A stretch of DNA of 64,000 nt from Hyphomicrobium sp. (GCF_035687085.1 NZ_DASRYS010000014.1:16840-80839); one strand, 5' to 3'. Positions 1-8,608 are shown, counted from the stretch's first letter. Notes: generated by a model not told the origin, from the sequence alone. Numbers and translations are program-made.

Positions 1-273
1 CGCGGTATCGAAGAAATCACGGTGGGACCTCGCGGCGGGCTATTGAAGTTCCGGAATGCTATCGTGCTGCGCGAGATGCAAAATCGCCTTCCCGGCGCGC
101 GCGTGAAGCAGGGCGCGCTGGTATTGAAGACGCCGCTGCGGAGCCCACAGAACCGGCTTTCGTGGGCGTTGGACACGGTCGCGGCGCTAAGCTCAGGGCC
201 GAAAGCGAAACCTGCCATAGGCCTTCCCCGCATGGAATTGTCCGTGAGCTCTTCAATGCAGCCGGTGGCCTGA
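1..273 (+). CDS. 3' end of a gene entering the window; resembles the C-terminal TRCF domain of Mfd-like helicases
   Basis: Frame 1 is open from base 1 (RGIEEITVGPRGGLLKFR...) to TGA at 271-273. The GIEEITVGPRG..LKF pattern recalls the TRCF domain. Only a fragment is visible. Confidence 0.45.
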   Translation, partial: RGIEEITVGPRGGLLKFRNAIVLREMQNRLPGARVKQGALVLKTPLRSPQNRLSWALDTVAALSSGPKAKPAIGLPRMELSVSSSMQPVA

Positions 274-318
274 CGGCGCTAGTGGCGGGCCGTCAGCCTT
301 AGAAAGGCAGCGCGGATC

Positions 319-343
319 GGAACTCCCGGCGCTGCGGATTATT
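319..343 (+). promoter_or_regulatory. Possible sigma-EcfG-type promoter (weak) for the SDR gene
   Basis: GGAAC-N16-TATT, 48 nt upstream of ATG 392; two mismatches to the CGTT -10. Confidence 0.35.
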
Positions 344-391
344 GAGCCAACTCCACCCCAGCATATTTTTGCAAAGCGGAGACGGCTCTCA

Positions 392-1249
392 ATGTCATCC
401 TATCCCGAACCCCCATTCTCCACGCCGGCTCAAGATCCGCCGGGTCTTACCGAAAAAATGTCTCCAGTGCCGGACCACGGGGAGAAGAGCTACAGGGGTT
501 CTGGGCGGCTCGCCGGCAAACGCGCGATCATTACCGGAGGCGATAGCGGCATCGGCCGCGCCGTCGCCATCGCCTATGCGCGCGAAGGAGCAGACGTTCT
601 CATCTCCTATCTCTCCGAGGACGGCGACGCTCAGTCGACGGCCGCGCTCGTCAAGGATGCCGGCCGCAAGGCCGTGCTCGTGCCTGGTGATGTCAAAGAT
701 CCAGAGCACTGCCGCCGCATTGTCGAACGGGCCGTTTCAGAGCTTGGCGGCGTCGACATTCTTGTCAACAACGCCGCGCATCAGGCGACCTTCAAGGAGC
801 TCGAAGACATTCCGGATGAGGAATGGGAAATGACCTTCAAAACGAACATCCACTCGATGTTCTACCTGACGAAGGCGGCGGTGCCGCACATGAAGGAAGG
901 CGGCGCGGTGATCAACACGGCTTCGATCAACGCCGACACGCCCAATCCGACCCTTCTGGCTTATGCCACGACGAAGGGCGCGATCCAAAACTTCACGGCC
1001 GGGCTTGCGCAGATGCTCAGCAAGAAGGGCATCCGTGCGAATGCCGTGGCGCCGGGTCCGATATGGACTCCGCTCATTCCCTCGACGATGCCGCAGGAGA
1101 CGGTAGAGAAGTTCGGCGGGAATACTCCGATGGGGCGGCCTGGTCAGCCAGCAGAACTCGCGACCGCCTACGTTATGCTTGCTGATCCACTGTCTAGCTA
1201 TGTGTCGGGCGCGACGATCGCGGTGACTGGCGGCAAGCCCTTTATATGA
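392..1249 (+). CDS. SDR family oxidoreductase (YghA/general stress protein 39 type)
   Basis: TGGDSGIG NAD-binding motif, DILVNNAA, YATTK catalytic YxxxK, NAVAPGPIWTP; 285 aa. Confidence 0.92.
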   Translation: MSSYPEPPFSTPAQDPPGLTEKMSPVPDHGEKSYRGSGRLAGKRAIITGGDSGIGRAVAIAYAREGADVLISYLSEDGDAQSTAALVKDAGRKAVLVPGDVKDPEHCRRIVERAVSELGGVDILVNNAAHQATFKELEDIPDEEWEMTFKTNIHSMFYLTKAAVPHMKEGGAVINTASINADTPNPTLLAYATTKGAIQNFTAGLAQMLSKKGIRANAVAPGPIWTPLIPSTMPQETVEKFGGNTPMGRPGQPAELATAYVMLADPLSSYVSGATIAVTGGKPFI

Positions 1250-1280
1250 TCGGAATGCAGCGATCCAATCGCGAAACGAA

Positions 1281-1315
1281 TTTGGCTATCTGAGGGGCAG
1301 TCTCAGATAGCCAAA
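1281..1315. terminator. Bidirectional hairpin between convergent SDR and catalase genes
   Basis: Perfect 14-bp inverted repeat TTTGGCTATCTGAG-7 nt-CTCAGATAGCCAAA. Confidence 0.75.
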
Positions 1316-1341
1316 CTTTATATGCTGTCCAGAACGAGTGA

Positions 1342-2211
1342 TTACTCCGCAGCCATCCGCGTCATCTGTTCGGTTTGAGCAGCCGAGTCGGATCGCGCCG
1401 GCCCGAGAACAGGTTCCTGTCCCAGCGGCTCGAAGTGGCCGGCATGGAATTCGCCGCGGCCGTCGATCGAGACACCGCTTGAGAAGCGACCCGCAGGCGG
1501 CGCCTCGCCATCGCGGTTCGTACCCATGAGGAAGTAGCTGAATTTCTGATCTTCCTGGCGCTGGTCAAAGCTGTTCGGTATCGGCAGCGACTGCGTGCCG
1601 CCCAACTCCTCGATCACGGCCAGCCACTGCTGCTGATGCATGGTATCGCGCGCGATCATGAAGTGGAGCATATCGCGCATGCCCGGATCGGACGTCGAGT
1701 TGAAGAGGCGAACGGCGAGCGTGCGTCCTGTAGCCTCGGCTGCGACGTTGCAATACATGTCGGCGACGACGTTGCCGCTGGCGTAGATGTGCGAGCAATC
1801 GAACGGCACACCGTCGGCGTTGGCCGGGAATGCAGCAAGGCCGGTTGACAGGATATGGCGCTGGATCATGCCCTCCATCACCTGGCGGGCGTTCTGGCCG
1901 CCCATCACCGCGCCCACGACGGAATCGACCGCGCTCTCCTCTTGGAGGCTGACCGGTGCCGTCTCGAGGTTCAATGCAACAGCGGTCGCCAGCATCTCGA
2001 TGTGGCCCATCTCTTCCGTTGCTGTGTTGAGCAGCAAATCGCGGACTTTGTTGTTCGGAGCACGCGCACCCCAGGCCTGGAAAAAGTATTGAAGACAGAC
2101 CCTGATCTCACCCTCGACGCCGCCAATGGCCTGTTGCAATTGGCGGGCAAACAGCGGGTCCGGCGTCTCGACGCGAACAGGGTATTGCAGACGCTTATCG
2201 TGATAGAGCAT
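1342..2211 (-). CDS. Manganese catalase family protein
   Basis: GGVEGE, EEMGHIEML and RDTMHQ dimetal-binding motifs; RBS GGAGGAG upstream; 289 aa. Confidence 0.9.
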   Translation of the reverse strand: MLYHDKRLQYPVRVETPDPLFARQLQQAIGGVEGEIRVCLQYFFQAWGARAPNNKVRDLLLNTATEEMGHIEMLATAVALNLETAPVSLQEESAVDSVVGAVMGGQNARQVMEGMIQRHILSTGLAAFPANADGVPFDCSHIYASGNVVADMYCNVAAEATGRTLAVRLFNSTSDPGMRDMLHFMIARDTMHQQQWLAVIEELGGTQSLPIPNSFDQRQEDQKFSYFLMGTNRDGEAPPAGRFSSGVSIDGRGEFHAGHFEPLGQEPVLGPARSDSAAQTEQMTRMAAE

Positions 2212-2276
2212 CGGTGATGCACTCCTCCTTGGAGATTGTTCGTTAGCGGGGCCCCGCCGTAGGGCCGCTCGCGAGG

Positions 2277-2301
2277 AACGGAACGGTCAACGATAAGTTC
2301 A
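2277..2301 (-). promoter_or_regulatory. Sigma-EcfG-type promoter for Mn-catalase
   Basis: TGAAC-N16-CGTT on the minus strand, 65 nt upstream of ATG 2211. Confidence 0.6.
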
Positions 2302-2441
2302 GAGCAAACTTGGTACGGTTCCGGACGGAGCTGTGCGTTTCTTGCTCCCACCAATGACGCTGGCAGTGCCGCGGCTCACCCGTTGCAACGCAGATGGTCC
2401 GACACCCGATTAGTTGGAGCCTGGGCTCGAGCTAACTGAAT

Positions 2442-2466
2442 GGAACATTTTCAACCCGATTCAATT
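2442..2466 (+). promoter_or_regulatory. Possible sigma-EcfG-type promoter (weak)
   Basis: GGAAC-N16-AATT, upstream of ATG 2496. Confidence 0.4.
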
Positions 2467-2495
2467 TTTCGAATTCATCTGGTTGAGGAGTTCCC

Positions 2496-2702
2496 ATGGT
2501 TGGACAAGTGCCGTCATCATTCGATCTGATCTATGCAGCTGGAAAGCGTCGCGGAAGCGAGGATCGAACAGATCTTAGCGCAGACGATTTTGAGTATCAC
2601 GTGTACACCTACAAGACATTCTTGTGGTGGACTGTTCTCTTCGTCGCTCACGTCTTCGTCATTCTCGCTTTCATGGCGTACTTCCTCGTTCCGAGGTCTT
2701 AA
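2496..2702 (+). CDS. Small membrane protein resembling aa3-type cytochrome c oxidase subunit IV
   Basis: RBS GAGGAG; FEYHVYTYKTF followed by a single TM helix, similar to the H..TY..F pattern of bacterial subunit IV; 68 aa. Confidence 0.55.
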   Translation: MVGQVPSSFDLIYAAGKRRGSEDRTDLSADDFEYHVYTYKTFLWWTVLFVAHVFVILAFMAYFLVPRS

Positions 2703-2810
2703 TGATGCTCGCGGGATAATTTCCCAACTGCGCCGGCATGGTCCGGCCGAGCCGGCAGACGGGTTGGTCCTGCCGGCTTTTTTACATCGGAAATGCGCTG
2801 GTAATGGCGG

Positions 2811-3446
2811 TTATTGCACCGCTTTGAAGCCAGCGGGATGCCAGCTATCGAGCAGGAGCTCTGTCGAAACCGTTTCGACCTGCGCGCCGAACCGATTCAT
2901 GTAGATATTCATCATCGAGTCGTGTGTTTCATCGGTCGAACTACAAAGCGCATCTCTGACGAGAATGACGCGGAAGCCCCAGTCCATTGCACCGAGCACA
3001 GTGCTGAGAACGCAAACGTCCGTCTCGCCGCCCGTGACGATGACGGTATCAATTCCCGCGTCACGCAGTTCAAGGTGGAGATTGGATCCCGTCCAAGGCG
3101 AGTAGACATACTTGTCGTGCGTTCGCGCGGGAGGCACAAGGCGCGAGAGTTCCGGCACCAAATCGATCATTTCTGGCCCAAGCTCTTCCATCGTCATCGA
3201 GGCCCAGCGCTCATAGTAGCGGCGCCACATGCCCACGCCATGACCCGGCGCCGGCGCCGGAAGAAAGCGCGTAAAAATGGTGCGCTCCGGGTGCGCCTCT
3301 GCGATCGCCACGATTTTTGGAAGCACCCGCGCGAGCCAGGGCATGTGCCAATCCGTTTGCTCCGCGAACATGCGCTGCATGTCCACGCACAGATGGACGG
3401 CCGTGTCCCCCGGTGCACCGAATTTGAGGTCGTCCTGCTTACTCAT
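2811..3446 (-). CDS. Cysteine hydrolase (isochorismatase family)
   Basis: VDMQ ... DKYVYS ... ETDVCV, the Asp-Lys-Cys triad; 211 aa. Confidence 0.88.
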   Translation of the reverse strand: MSKQDDLKFGAPGDTAVHLCVDMQRMFAEQTDWHMPWLARVLPKIVAIAEAHPERTIFTRFLPAPAPGHGVGMWRRYYERWASMTMEELGPEMIDLVPELSRLVPPARTHDKYVYSPWTGSNLHLELRDAGIDTVIVTGGETDVCVLSTVLGAMDWGFRVILVRDALCSSTDETHDSMMNIYMNRFGAQVETVSTELLLDSWHPAGFKAVQ

Positions 3447-3454
3447 GGAGCGCC

Positions 3455-3479
3455 AACGCTGGATATCTGAATGCGTTCC
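3455..3479 (-). promoter_or_regulatory. Sigma-EcfG-type promoter (perfect consensus)
   Basis: GGAAC-N16-CGTT; the -10 ends 8 nt before ATG 3446, implying a leaderless or near-leaderless mRNA. Confidence 0.75.
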
Positions 3480-3496
3480 TGCTTGTCGGACGCCGC

Positions 3497-4018
3497 TTAG
3501 ATCCTTACGAATCGCAGCTTCTTATTGGCCCAAATGGGTCCGGCATAATCCACGCCAATCCGCGGGGTGCGTTTGATCTTCGGTTTGTCATTCTGTTCCG
3601 GATAACCGAACCAGAGGCCTGAGGCTGGGGAAGCTGGCATTCCGCGCAATGACGCTTCGATCCCGAGTGCGAGAGCGACGCGACCGGGGCCGCTGATGCC
3701 TTCTACGCCGCGAATGAGGACTGCGGCTGCTTCGCCTAACTTGCCCGTCACAACGTTAAGCATCCAATGCAGCCCGTAGATCCGGTAGATATAGAAATGC
3801 CCCGCGGGACCAAACATGACTTCATTTCGAGCGGTCCGGCCTCGCGACGAATGCGACGCGAGATCATGAACACCCTCATAGGCCTCGGTCTCGGTAATCC
3901 GGAATGAAAGAATCCGCTGATCGAGCCGGCGCACCAATTGCGCTCCGATCAAATCTCGTGCAACGCGTGCGGCAGGCCTTTCGAAGAACTCAGCGCCGAT
4001 TGCCTGCGGCTGTTTCAA
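3497..4018 (-). CDS. mpg: DNA-3-methyladenine glycosylase (MPG/AAG family)
   Basis: RITETEAY, MFGPAGHFYIYRIYGLHWMLNVVT, AVLIRG, TPRIGVDY; probable TTG start at 4018 after RBS GAGGAG. Confidence 0.9.
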   Translation of the reverse strand: MKQPQAIGAEFFERPAARVARDLIGAQLVRRLDQRILSFRITETEAYEGVHDLASHSSRGRTARNEVMFGPAGHFYIYRIYGLHWMLNVVTGKLGEAAAVLIRGVEGISGPGRVALALGIEASLRGMPASPASGLWFGYPEQNDKPKIKRTPRIGVDYAGPIWANKKLRFVRI

Positions 4019-4025
4019 GCTCTCC

Positions 4026-4181
4026 TCAGGATCCCTTGCCGCGCCGCTCAACCAGCCGCGACTTCATTTCAATGGCGATGAGTTCTTCGAGTGCCCGCCG
4101 CGCATGGGCGAGGTGCACGGCGTTCGAGGTCTTCTCGAACTGCCGGAGTTCAGCCTTCACGATCCATAGCGACGATGACAT
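4026..4181 (-). CDS. Small hypothetical protein (51 aa)
   Basis: ATG 4 nt after the stop of the upstream ORF; the stop overlaps the RBS region of mpg; amphipathic helical sequence. Confidence 0.4.
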   Translation of the reverse strand: MSSSLWIVKAELRQFEKTSNAVHLAHARRALEELIAIEMKSRLVERRGKGS

Positions 4182-4185
4182 CGGG

Positions 4186-4455
4186 TTAGAGCCTCCAAAT
4201 TGCGCCGAGTGCAAAACCTATAACGGCCGCCAGACCGAGCGTGGCCTTCGGATCCTCGCGGAGAGATTTCGCGAGCGCTTCCGAGATGTTTTCTGCGACG
4301 CGATAGAAGCCGCCCGCTCCAGGATCGCCGCTGTCGCCTCCCTGCGCATATCGCGGAACCACATCGTAGGGCTCACCGCCCTCCAAATGTTTTTGGACAG
4401 CGGCCAAGCGCGCTTTCGTTTCTTCAAGCTGTTCTTCTGGAGGCCTGTAAACCAT
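4186..4455 (-). CDS. DUF883/ElaB-YqjD-like tail-anchored membrane protein
   Basis: C-terminal REDPKATLGLAAVIGFALGAIWR motif; RBS AAGGA; 89 aa. Confidence 0.65.
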   Translation of the reverse strand: MVYRPPEEQLEETKARLAAVQKHLEGGEPYDVVPRYAQGGDSGDPGAGGFYRVAENISEALAKSLREDPKATLGLAAVIGFALGAIWRL

Positions 4456-4478
4456 TCGGACGTTCCTTCGAGACCAGT

Positions 4479-4503
4479 AACGCAGTCCGGAAAGGAAGTT
4501 TCC
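4479..4503 (-). promoter_or_regulatory. Sigma-EcfG-type promoter for the DUF883-like/mpg unit
   Basis: GGAAA-N16-CGTT, 23 nt upstream of ATG 4455. Confidence 0.55.
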
Positions 4504-4556
4504 CGCTTAGGCGATTATTCCTGCAGGCGATTATGCTGCCAATATGCGCACTATAC

Positions 4557-4582
4557 GGAACAAAGCAAAGCTTCGCTGCGTT
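4557..4582 (+). promoter_or_regulatory. Sigma-EcfG-type promoter (perfect consensus)
   Basis: GGAAC-N17-CGTT, 31 nt upstream of ATG 4614. Confidence 0.75.
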
Positions 4583-4613
4583 CGTCAGGCACGCAACGCA
4601 AGGAACAAAAACA

Positions 4614-5183
4614 ATGGGCCTCTTTACACGAGATCTGAAATCACTTGAGGACCTGTTCAAACACGGCCTTCAGGACATCTATTACGCAGAGCAGCAAATC
4701 GTGAAGACGCTGCCCCAGCTCATCGAGCAGACGACCAGCAGCGAACTCAAGCAGGGTCTGAAAGAGCACCTCGAACAAACTCAGAACCAGATCTGGCGCT
4801 TGGAGACGGTGTTCGCGGCACTTGGCGAAGAGCCGAAGGGCGTGCGCTGCAAGGGCATCGACGGCATTCTGTCGGAAGGCAACGAGCTTATCGGAAATTC
4901 AGACGGGCGCAGCGTGATCGAGGCTGCCGTGATCGCGTCTGCCCAGGCCGTCGAGCACTACGAAATCACGCGCTATGGCGACCTGATCGCCTGGGCTCGT
5001 GAGATGGGCCGGAACGATCTTCTAAAGCCTCTGCGCGCCAACCTGCGCGAGGAGAAGGCCACCGATCGGAAGCTCACCCAAATTGCCGAGGGTAAGATCA
5101 ACAAAAGAGCCGACAAGACGCCGAAGCGTGGCGCCCGCCGCTCGCGCGGTAAGTCTCGGGCATCCGTCTCGGCTGCGGCTTAA
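4614..5183 (+). CDS. Ferritin-like DUF892 (YciF/YciE family) protein
   Basis: LQDIYYAEQQI, HLEQT..QI.RLE, AQAVEHYEITRYG, EEKATD.KLT; start MGLFTRD after RBS AAGGA; basic C-terminal tail. Confidence 0.9.
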   Translation: MGLFTRDLKSLEDLFKHGLQDIYYAEQQIVKTLPQLIEQTTSSELKQGLKEHLEQTQNQIWRLETVFAALGEEPKGVRCKGIDGILSEGNELIGNSDGRSVIEAAVIASAQAVEHYEITRYGDLIAWAREMGRNDLLKPLRANLREEKATDRKLTQIAEGKINKRADKTPKRGARRSRGKSRASVSAAA

Positions 5184-5326
5184 TCTGGCGCCGGGATCAG
5201 CTTCGGACGGTGCGAGCGATCGCAGCCGTCTGCAGCACCCCGATTGCAACTGGGCTGGCAATCACCTGGGATTGCCAGCCTATTTTTTTGGCCTTTTCCG
5301 CATCTTTGGTGGCTCGCGATGGGACT

Positions 5327-6154
5327 TCACGTCTTCTGCGGTTCCTTTCTTCGAGTGAGCGCGTAAGCGCGCGTCAGCTCCGCGCCAAAGAGGACGATCT
5401 GAGAGGCGTAGTAGACCCAGATCAGAAGCACGACCAACGACGCCGCTGCTCCATAGGTGGACTCGAAGCTTTGCGTTCCGATGTACCAGGCAATGGCGAC
5501 TTTCCCGAGTTGGAAGAGAGCGGCTGTCGCCGCGCCGCCGATCCACACGTCGGACCAATTGACGGTGGTGTCGGGGAAGTACTTGAACAGGGCGGCGAAC
5601 AGGACCGTAAGGACAATGAAAGAGACGACCACTTCGGCGAGTTGGCCTAGCGCGCTGCCGCCTGGAAAGAATTGCGACACGGAAGCGAGCACCGTGCTCA
5701 ACACCAGCGATGTCGCCAGTAGAAAGCCGAGCGCCATGATCCCCGCCATGGAAACGACATAGGTGCGAATGAAGGGCCAAACGCCGCTTTCCCTTGTCTC
5801 GTCGACTTCCCAGATCGTGTTCAATGCGTCCTTCAGCTGAGCGACGACGCCAACCGCAGCAATAATCAGAAGAATGATTCCGACGATGGATGCTGCCTTT
5901 CCCGAGGACTGGGAGGAGGCTCCCTGCCTCATGGCCTCCAGAGCGCGAGCGCCGTTCTCGCCAATCAGACCCGAGAGCTGGGTGTTGATAGCGGTTGTCA
6001 CGGTCTCACGGTCGAAAAGGAAAGCCGCGATGGCAATGACAATCAAGAGCAGCGGTCCTAACGAGAAGACGGCGTAATAGGCGAGCGCCGCGCCTAGCCT
6101 CGGGCTGTGGTGCTTCATCCACCCCTGGAATGCCGTAACGAGAAGATTCCACAT
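5327..6154 (-). CDS. YihY/virulence factor BrkB family membrane protein
   Basis: LGAALAYYAVFSLGPLL, YGAAASLVVLLIWVYYASQIVLFGAE; multiple TM segments; start at MWNLLV. Confidence 0.88.
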   Translation of the reverse strand: MWNLLVTAFQGWMKHHSPRLGAALAYYAVFSLGPLLLIVIAIAAFLFDRETVTTAINTQLSGLIGENGARALEAMRQGASSQSSGKAASIVGIILLIIAAVGVVAQLKDALNTIWEVDETRESGVWPFIRTYVVSMAGIMALGFLLATSLVLSTVLASVSQFFPGGSALGQLAEVVVSFIVLTVLFAALFKYFPDTTVNWSDVWIGGAATAALFQLGKVAIAWYIGTQSFESTYGAAASLVVLLIWVYYASQIVLFGAELTRAYALTRRKEPQKT

Positions 6155-6158
6155 AGGT

Positions 6159-6575
6159 TCAGGCTTCGGAGTGCGCGGAAGTTTTGCTCGTGCCGAGGTA
6201 GAGCGCAGTCGCCAACAATACAAAGACCAGCGCAGAAGACAGGACCGCGCCGCTGCCGGCTTGCGCCGAGGGGCTAAAGGCGCTTGAGACGGCCCGCGCG
6301 GCATTCACGGGCCCCTGGGTCGCCGATTTCAGCCGCGTTTCGGCTTCCTTTTCCTTGCTGCCGGAAATCAGCATCATGATCAGCCCGGCGATGCAGAAGA
6401 TCGCCGCAAAGATGAGGCTGGCAATGATCGCGCCGAAGATTTGGGCGACCCAGATGACCGCTGCGGCGAGTGCGAATGCGATGCCTATTCCGAAGAATAG
6501 GCCCATCAGGCCCGCAGCCTCGTAGGACTGCACAAATGCACCGGCGGCTGATTTCAGGTTTGCAATGATGCGCAC
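6159..6575 (-). CDS. Small membrane protein (holin-X/YqjE-like)
   Basis: Two adjacent TM helices plus a C-terminal hydrophobic segment; GTG start; 138 aa; stress-gene context. Confidence 0.55.
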   Translation of the reverse strand: MRIIANLKSAAGAFVQSYEAAGLMGLFFGIGIAFALAAAVIWVAQIFGAIIASLIFAAIFCIAGLIMMLISGSKEKEAETRLKSATQGPVNAARAVSSAFSPSAQAGSGAVLSSALVFVLLATALYLGTSKTSAHSEA

Positions 6576-6610
6576 GTTCCTGGTCCTCGCGTGTAAGATG
6601 GCAGGTGCTC

Positions 6611-6635
6611 AACCCCTTGTTTGTTCAACTGTTCC
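6611..6635 (-). promoter_or_regulatory. Sigma-EcfG-type promoter
   Basis: GGAAC-N16-GGTT, 35 nt upstream of GTG 6575. Confidence 0.6.
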
Positions 6636-6718
6636 CCCCTCTCTGCCGCGGCGGGCGCTAGTTAAGTTTAATCGGCCTGTCCAATCCTTGTGCGGACCGC
6701 CGGGGGGCGGCTGATCGC

Positions 6719-6744
6719 GGAACGGCGTGTGCGGGGCGAGGGTT
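6719..6744 (+). promoter_or_regulatory. Sigma-EcfG-type promoter
   Basis: GGAAC-N17-GGTT, 8 nt before ATG 6753. Confidence 0.6.
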
Positions 6745-6752
6745 GTCGAAGC

Positions 6753-7289
6753 ATGACGACTTCACCTAATCCAACGTATCCGCCGCCCCCAATGGATGGC
6801 CTGGCACCGACGTTGGACCGCAACATCGCGAGCTTGCGGCAGCGCCGGCAACGCGAACAGCAGCGGGCGACCTGGCAGGAACGGCTGGCCGACGCGATCA
6901 CGCTGTTTACGGGCAGCATGACGTTCGTCTTCATTCACCTGATCGTGTTCGGCTTCTGGATTATCGCCAATGCTGGGTTTGTGCCGGGTGTGCGCCCATG
7001 GGATCCCGATTTCGTCATGCTCGCTATGGTCGCCTCCGTCGAAGCGATCTTTCTTTCCACCTTCGTTCTCATCTCGCAAAACCGCATGGCCGCCGTGGCG
7101 GACAAGCGCGCGGATCTCGATCTGCAAATCAGCCTGCTGGCAGAGCACGAATTGACGAAGGTCGCGACATTGCTTGCCGAGATTGCCAAGCATGAGGGCA
7201 TAGGAGCCGCCGCGGACAAGGAACTCGAGGAAGTGCAGCGCGAAATATCTCCAAACGCCGTCCTCGACCGATTGGAGAAGGAGGAGTAG
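6753..7289 (+). CDS. DUF1003 domain membrane protein
   Basis: ERLADAIT.FTGS..FVFIH, two TM segments, SVEAIFLSTFVLISQNR, DLQISLLAEHE. Confidence 0.85.
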   Translation: MTTSPNPTYPPPPMDGLAPTLDRNIASLRQRRQREQQRATWQERLADAITLFTGSMTFVFIHLIVFGFWIIANAGFVPGVRPWDPDFVMLAMVASVEAIFLSTFVLISQNRMAAVADKRADLDLQISLLAEHELTKVATLLAEIAKHEGIGAAADKELEEVQREISPNAVLDRLEKEE

Positions 7290-7357
7290 CGGCTGGGCTT
7301 CTGCTTAGCACCGCTTCTCGTTGTTCAAATCTCCAACACTGATCAACCATCAGCACC

Positions 7358-7382
7358 GGAACTTACTGCAATCCAATCCGTT
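7358..7382 (+). promoter_or_regulatory. Sigma-EcfG-type promoter (perfect consensus)
   Basis: GGAAC-N16-CGTT, 32 nt upstream of ATG 7415. Confidence 0.75.
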
Positions 7383-7414
7383 GAAAGCATGCAATACGAG
7401 AGGAGAAAAAACAA

Positions 7415-7747
7415 ATGAAGCTCAAGTATGCAGCCGCAGTGACAGGACTCATGGTTTTCGCTGGCTCGCCTGTGTTGGCCGCTGAAAACAATGCAGCCGG
7501 CACGCAAAATACGTCCCCTAGCGCGCAGGGCGCCCCAACTTCGGGTCCCGGCATTGCTGGGGCGCCGGGCAACAAGAACGGCCCTGCAGCAAAGGAACCT
7601 TCTAATAACTCCGGAAGCAGCACTGGCACTGCCGGCAGCACGTCCGACAAGCTGAAGATGAACGACACGCAGCCGACACAGGACTCGCAAGGCGTTTCGG
7701 GCGAACAGGGAAATAAGAACGGTCCCGCCGCTCAGCCGAACCAGTAA
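7415..7747 (+). CDS. Secreted low-complexity protein with a duplicated GNKNGPAA motif
   Basis: RBS GAGGAG; signal peptide ending in VLA-A; Gly/Ser/Asn-rich; 110 aa. Confidence 0.75.
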   Translation: MKLKYAAAVTGLMVFAGSPVLAAENNAAGTQNTSPSAQGAPTSGPGIAGAPGNKNGPAAKEPSNNSGSSTGTAGSTSDKLKMNDTQPTQDSQGVSGEQGNKNGPAAQPNQ

Positions 7748-7770
7748 GCCCACGTTCACGTGAAAGCCTA

Positions 7771-7806
7771 AAATTGGGGGCCCACATTATGTGGGCTCCC
7801 CATTTT
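7771..7806. terminator. Hairpin between convergent genes
   Basis: Near-perfect inverted repeat AAATTGGGGGCCCACA-TTA-TGTGGGCTCCCCATTT(T). Confidence 0.65.
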
Positions 7807-7834
7807 CGTTCAGAGCACCGCTGTTCAAGCTGGC

Positions 7835-8608
7835 TTAATCGCGCCGGGCGGCCGTGTGTCCATGCGGCTCCGCACACAAATCCAGCAGCCGTGCAGCGTC
7901 CTTGGGGGCAGCGCTCTTCTGATCATTGTCGAAATAGACGTAGACCGTCTTTTTCGCGCTGCGCCACGATTGGATTTCATCAGCCCATAGGCCGAGCGTC
8001 CGGGTGGGATAACTGCCTTTGTAACGGCCCGTTGGCCCATGCCCGCGCACGTAAACGTGGCTCGCTGTCGAGACCCAAGGAGATGGCGCGTCGTGATGGT
8101 CCGACAGGCAGAGCGATACGTCATGCTTTGCCAGAAGCGCGTAGACGTTGTCGTCGTACCAGCTGGCGTCGCGAAATTCGAAAGCGTAGCGCCGCTTAGG
8201 CGAGAGCATGGCAAGGAAATCGGAAAGCCGGGCGCAATCTGCTCGAAAGCGCGCCGGCAATTGAAACAGAACCGGGCCGCACTTCCTGCCAAGCAGCGAC
8301 AGTCTCGTTTCCATGAGCTCAAGGGAGTTGGCGGAGCTCGGACCCAGCCGCTTCCAATGCGTGATGAATTTGGACGCCTTCCAGGCGAACAGGAAATCCG
8401 CTGGCGTCTGGTTGCGCCAGCTTTCGACCGCCTCTAGCGAAGGGGTTCTGTAGAACGAACCGTTGACTTCGGCTGAACCAAAACGCTCGGCATACCATGG
8501 CAGCCATCGGCTTCGTGGCACGCCTTCCGGATAAAAGCGGAGGCGCCAGTCATCGTAGCTCCACCCGGAAGTACCAATAAAGAGCTTTCCCGACTGCGCC
8601 TTCCTCAA
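7835..8608 (-). CDS. DUF72 domain protein
   Basis: IGTSGWSY..W, EVNGSFY, KASKFITH, LFQLP, FEFRD.SW, YVRGHG, VYFDND; 257 aa. Confidence 0.9.
   Translation of the reverse strand: MRKAQSGKLFIGTSGWSYDDWRLRFYPEGVPRSRWLPWYAERFGSAEVNGSFYRTPSLEAVESWRNQTPADFLFAWKASKFITHWKRLGPSSANSLELMETRLSLLGRKCGPVLFQLPARFRADCARLSDFLAMLSPKRRYAFEFRDASWYDDNVYALLAKHDVSLCLSDHHDAPSPWVSTASHVYVRGHGPTGRYKGSYPTRTLGLWADEIQSWRSAKKTVYVYFDNDQKSAAPKDAARLLDLCAEPHGHTAARRD

Noticed and set aside
4464-4503. Partial similarity (TCCTTCGAGA...GTCCG..AAAGGA.GT) to 40426-40462
   Set aside because: Short and gapped, with only two copies in unrelated contexts. The 4.5-kb copy is explained by an RBS plus promoter. Treated as coincidence.
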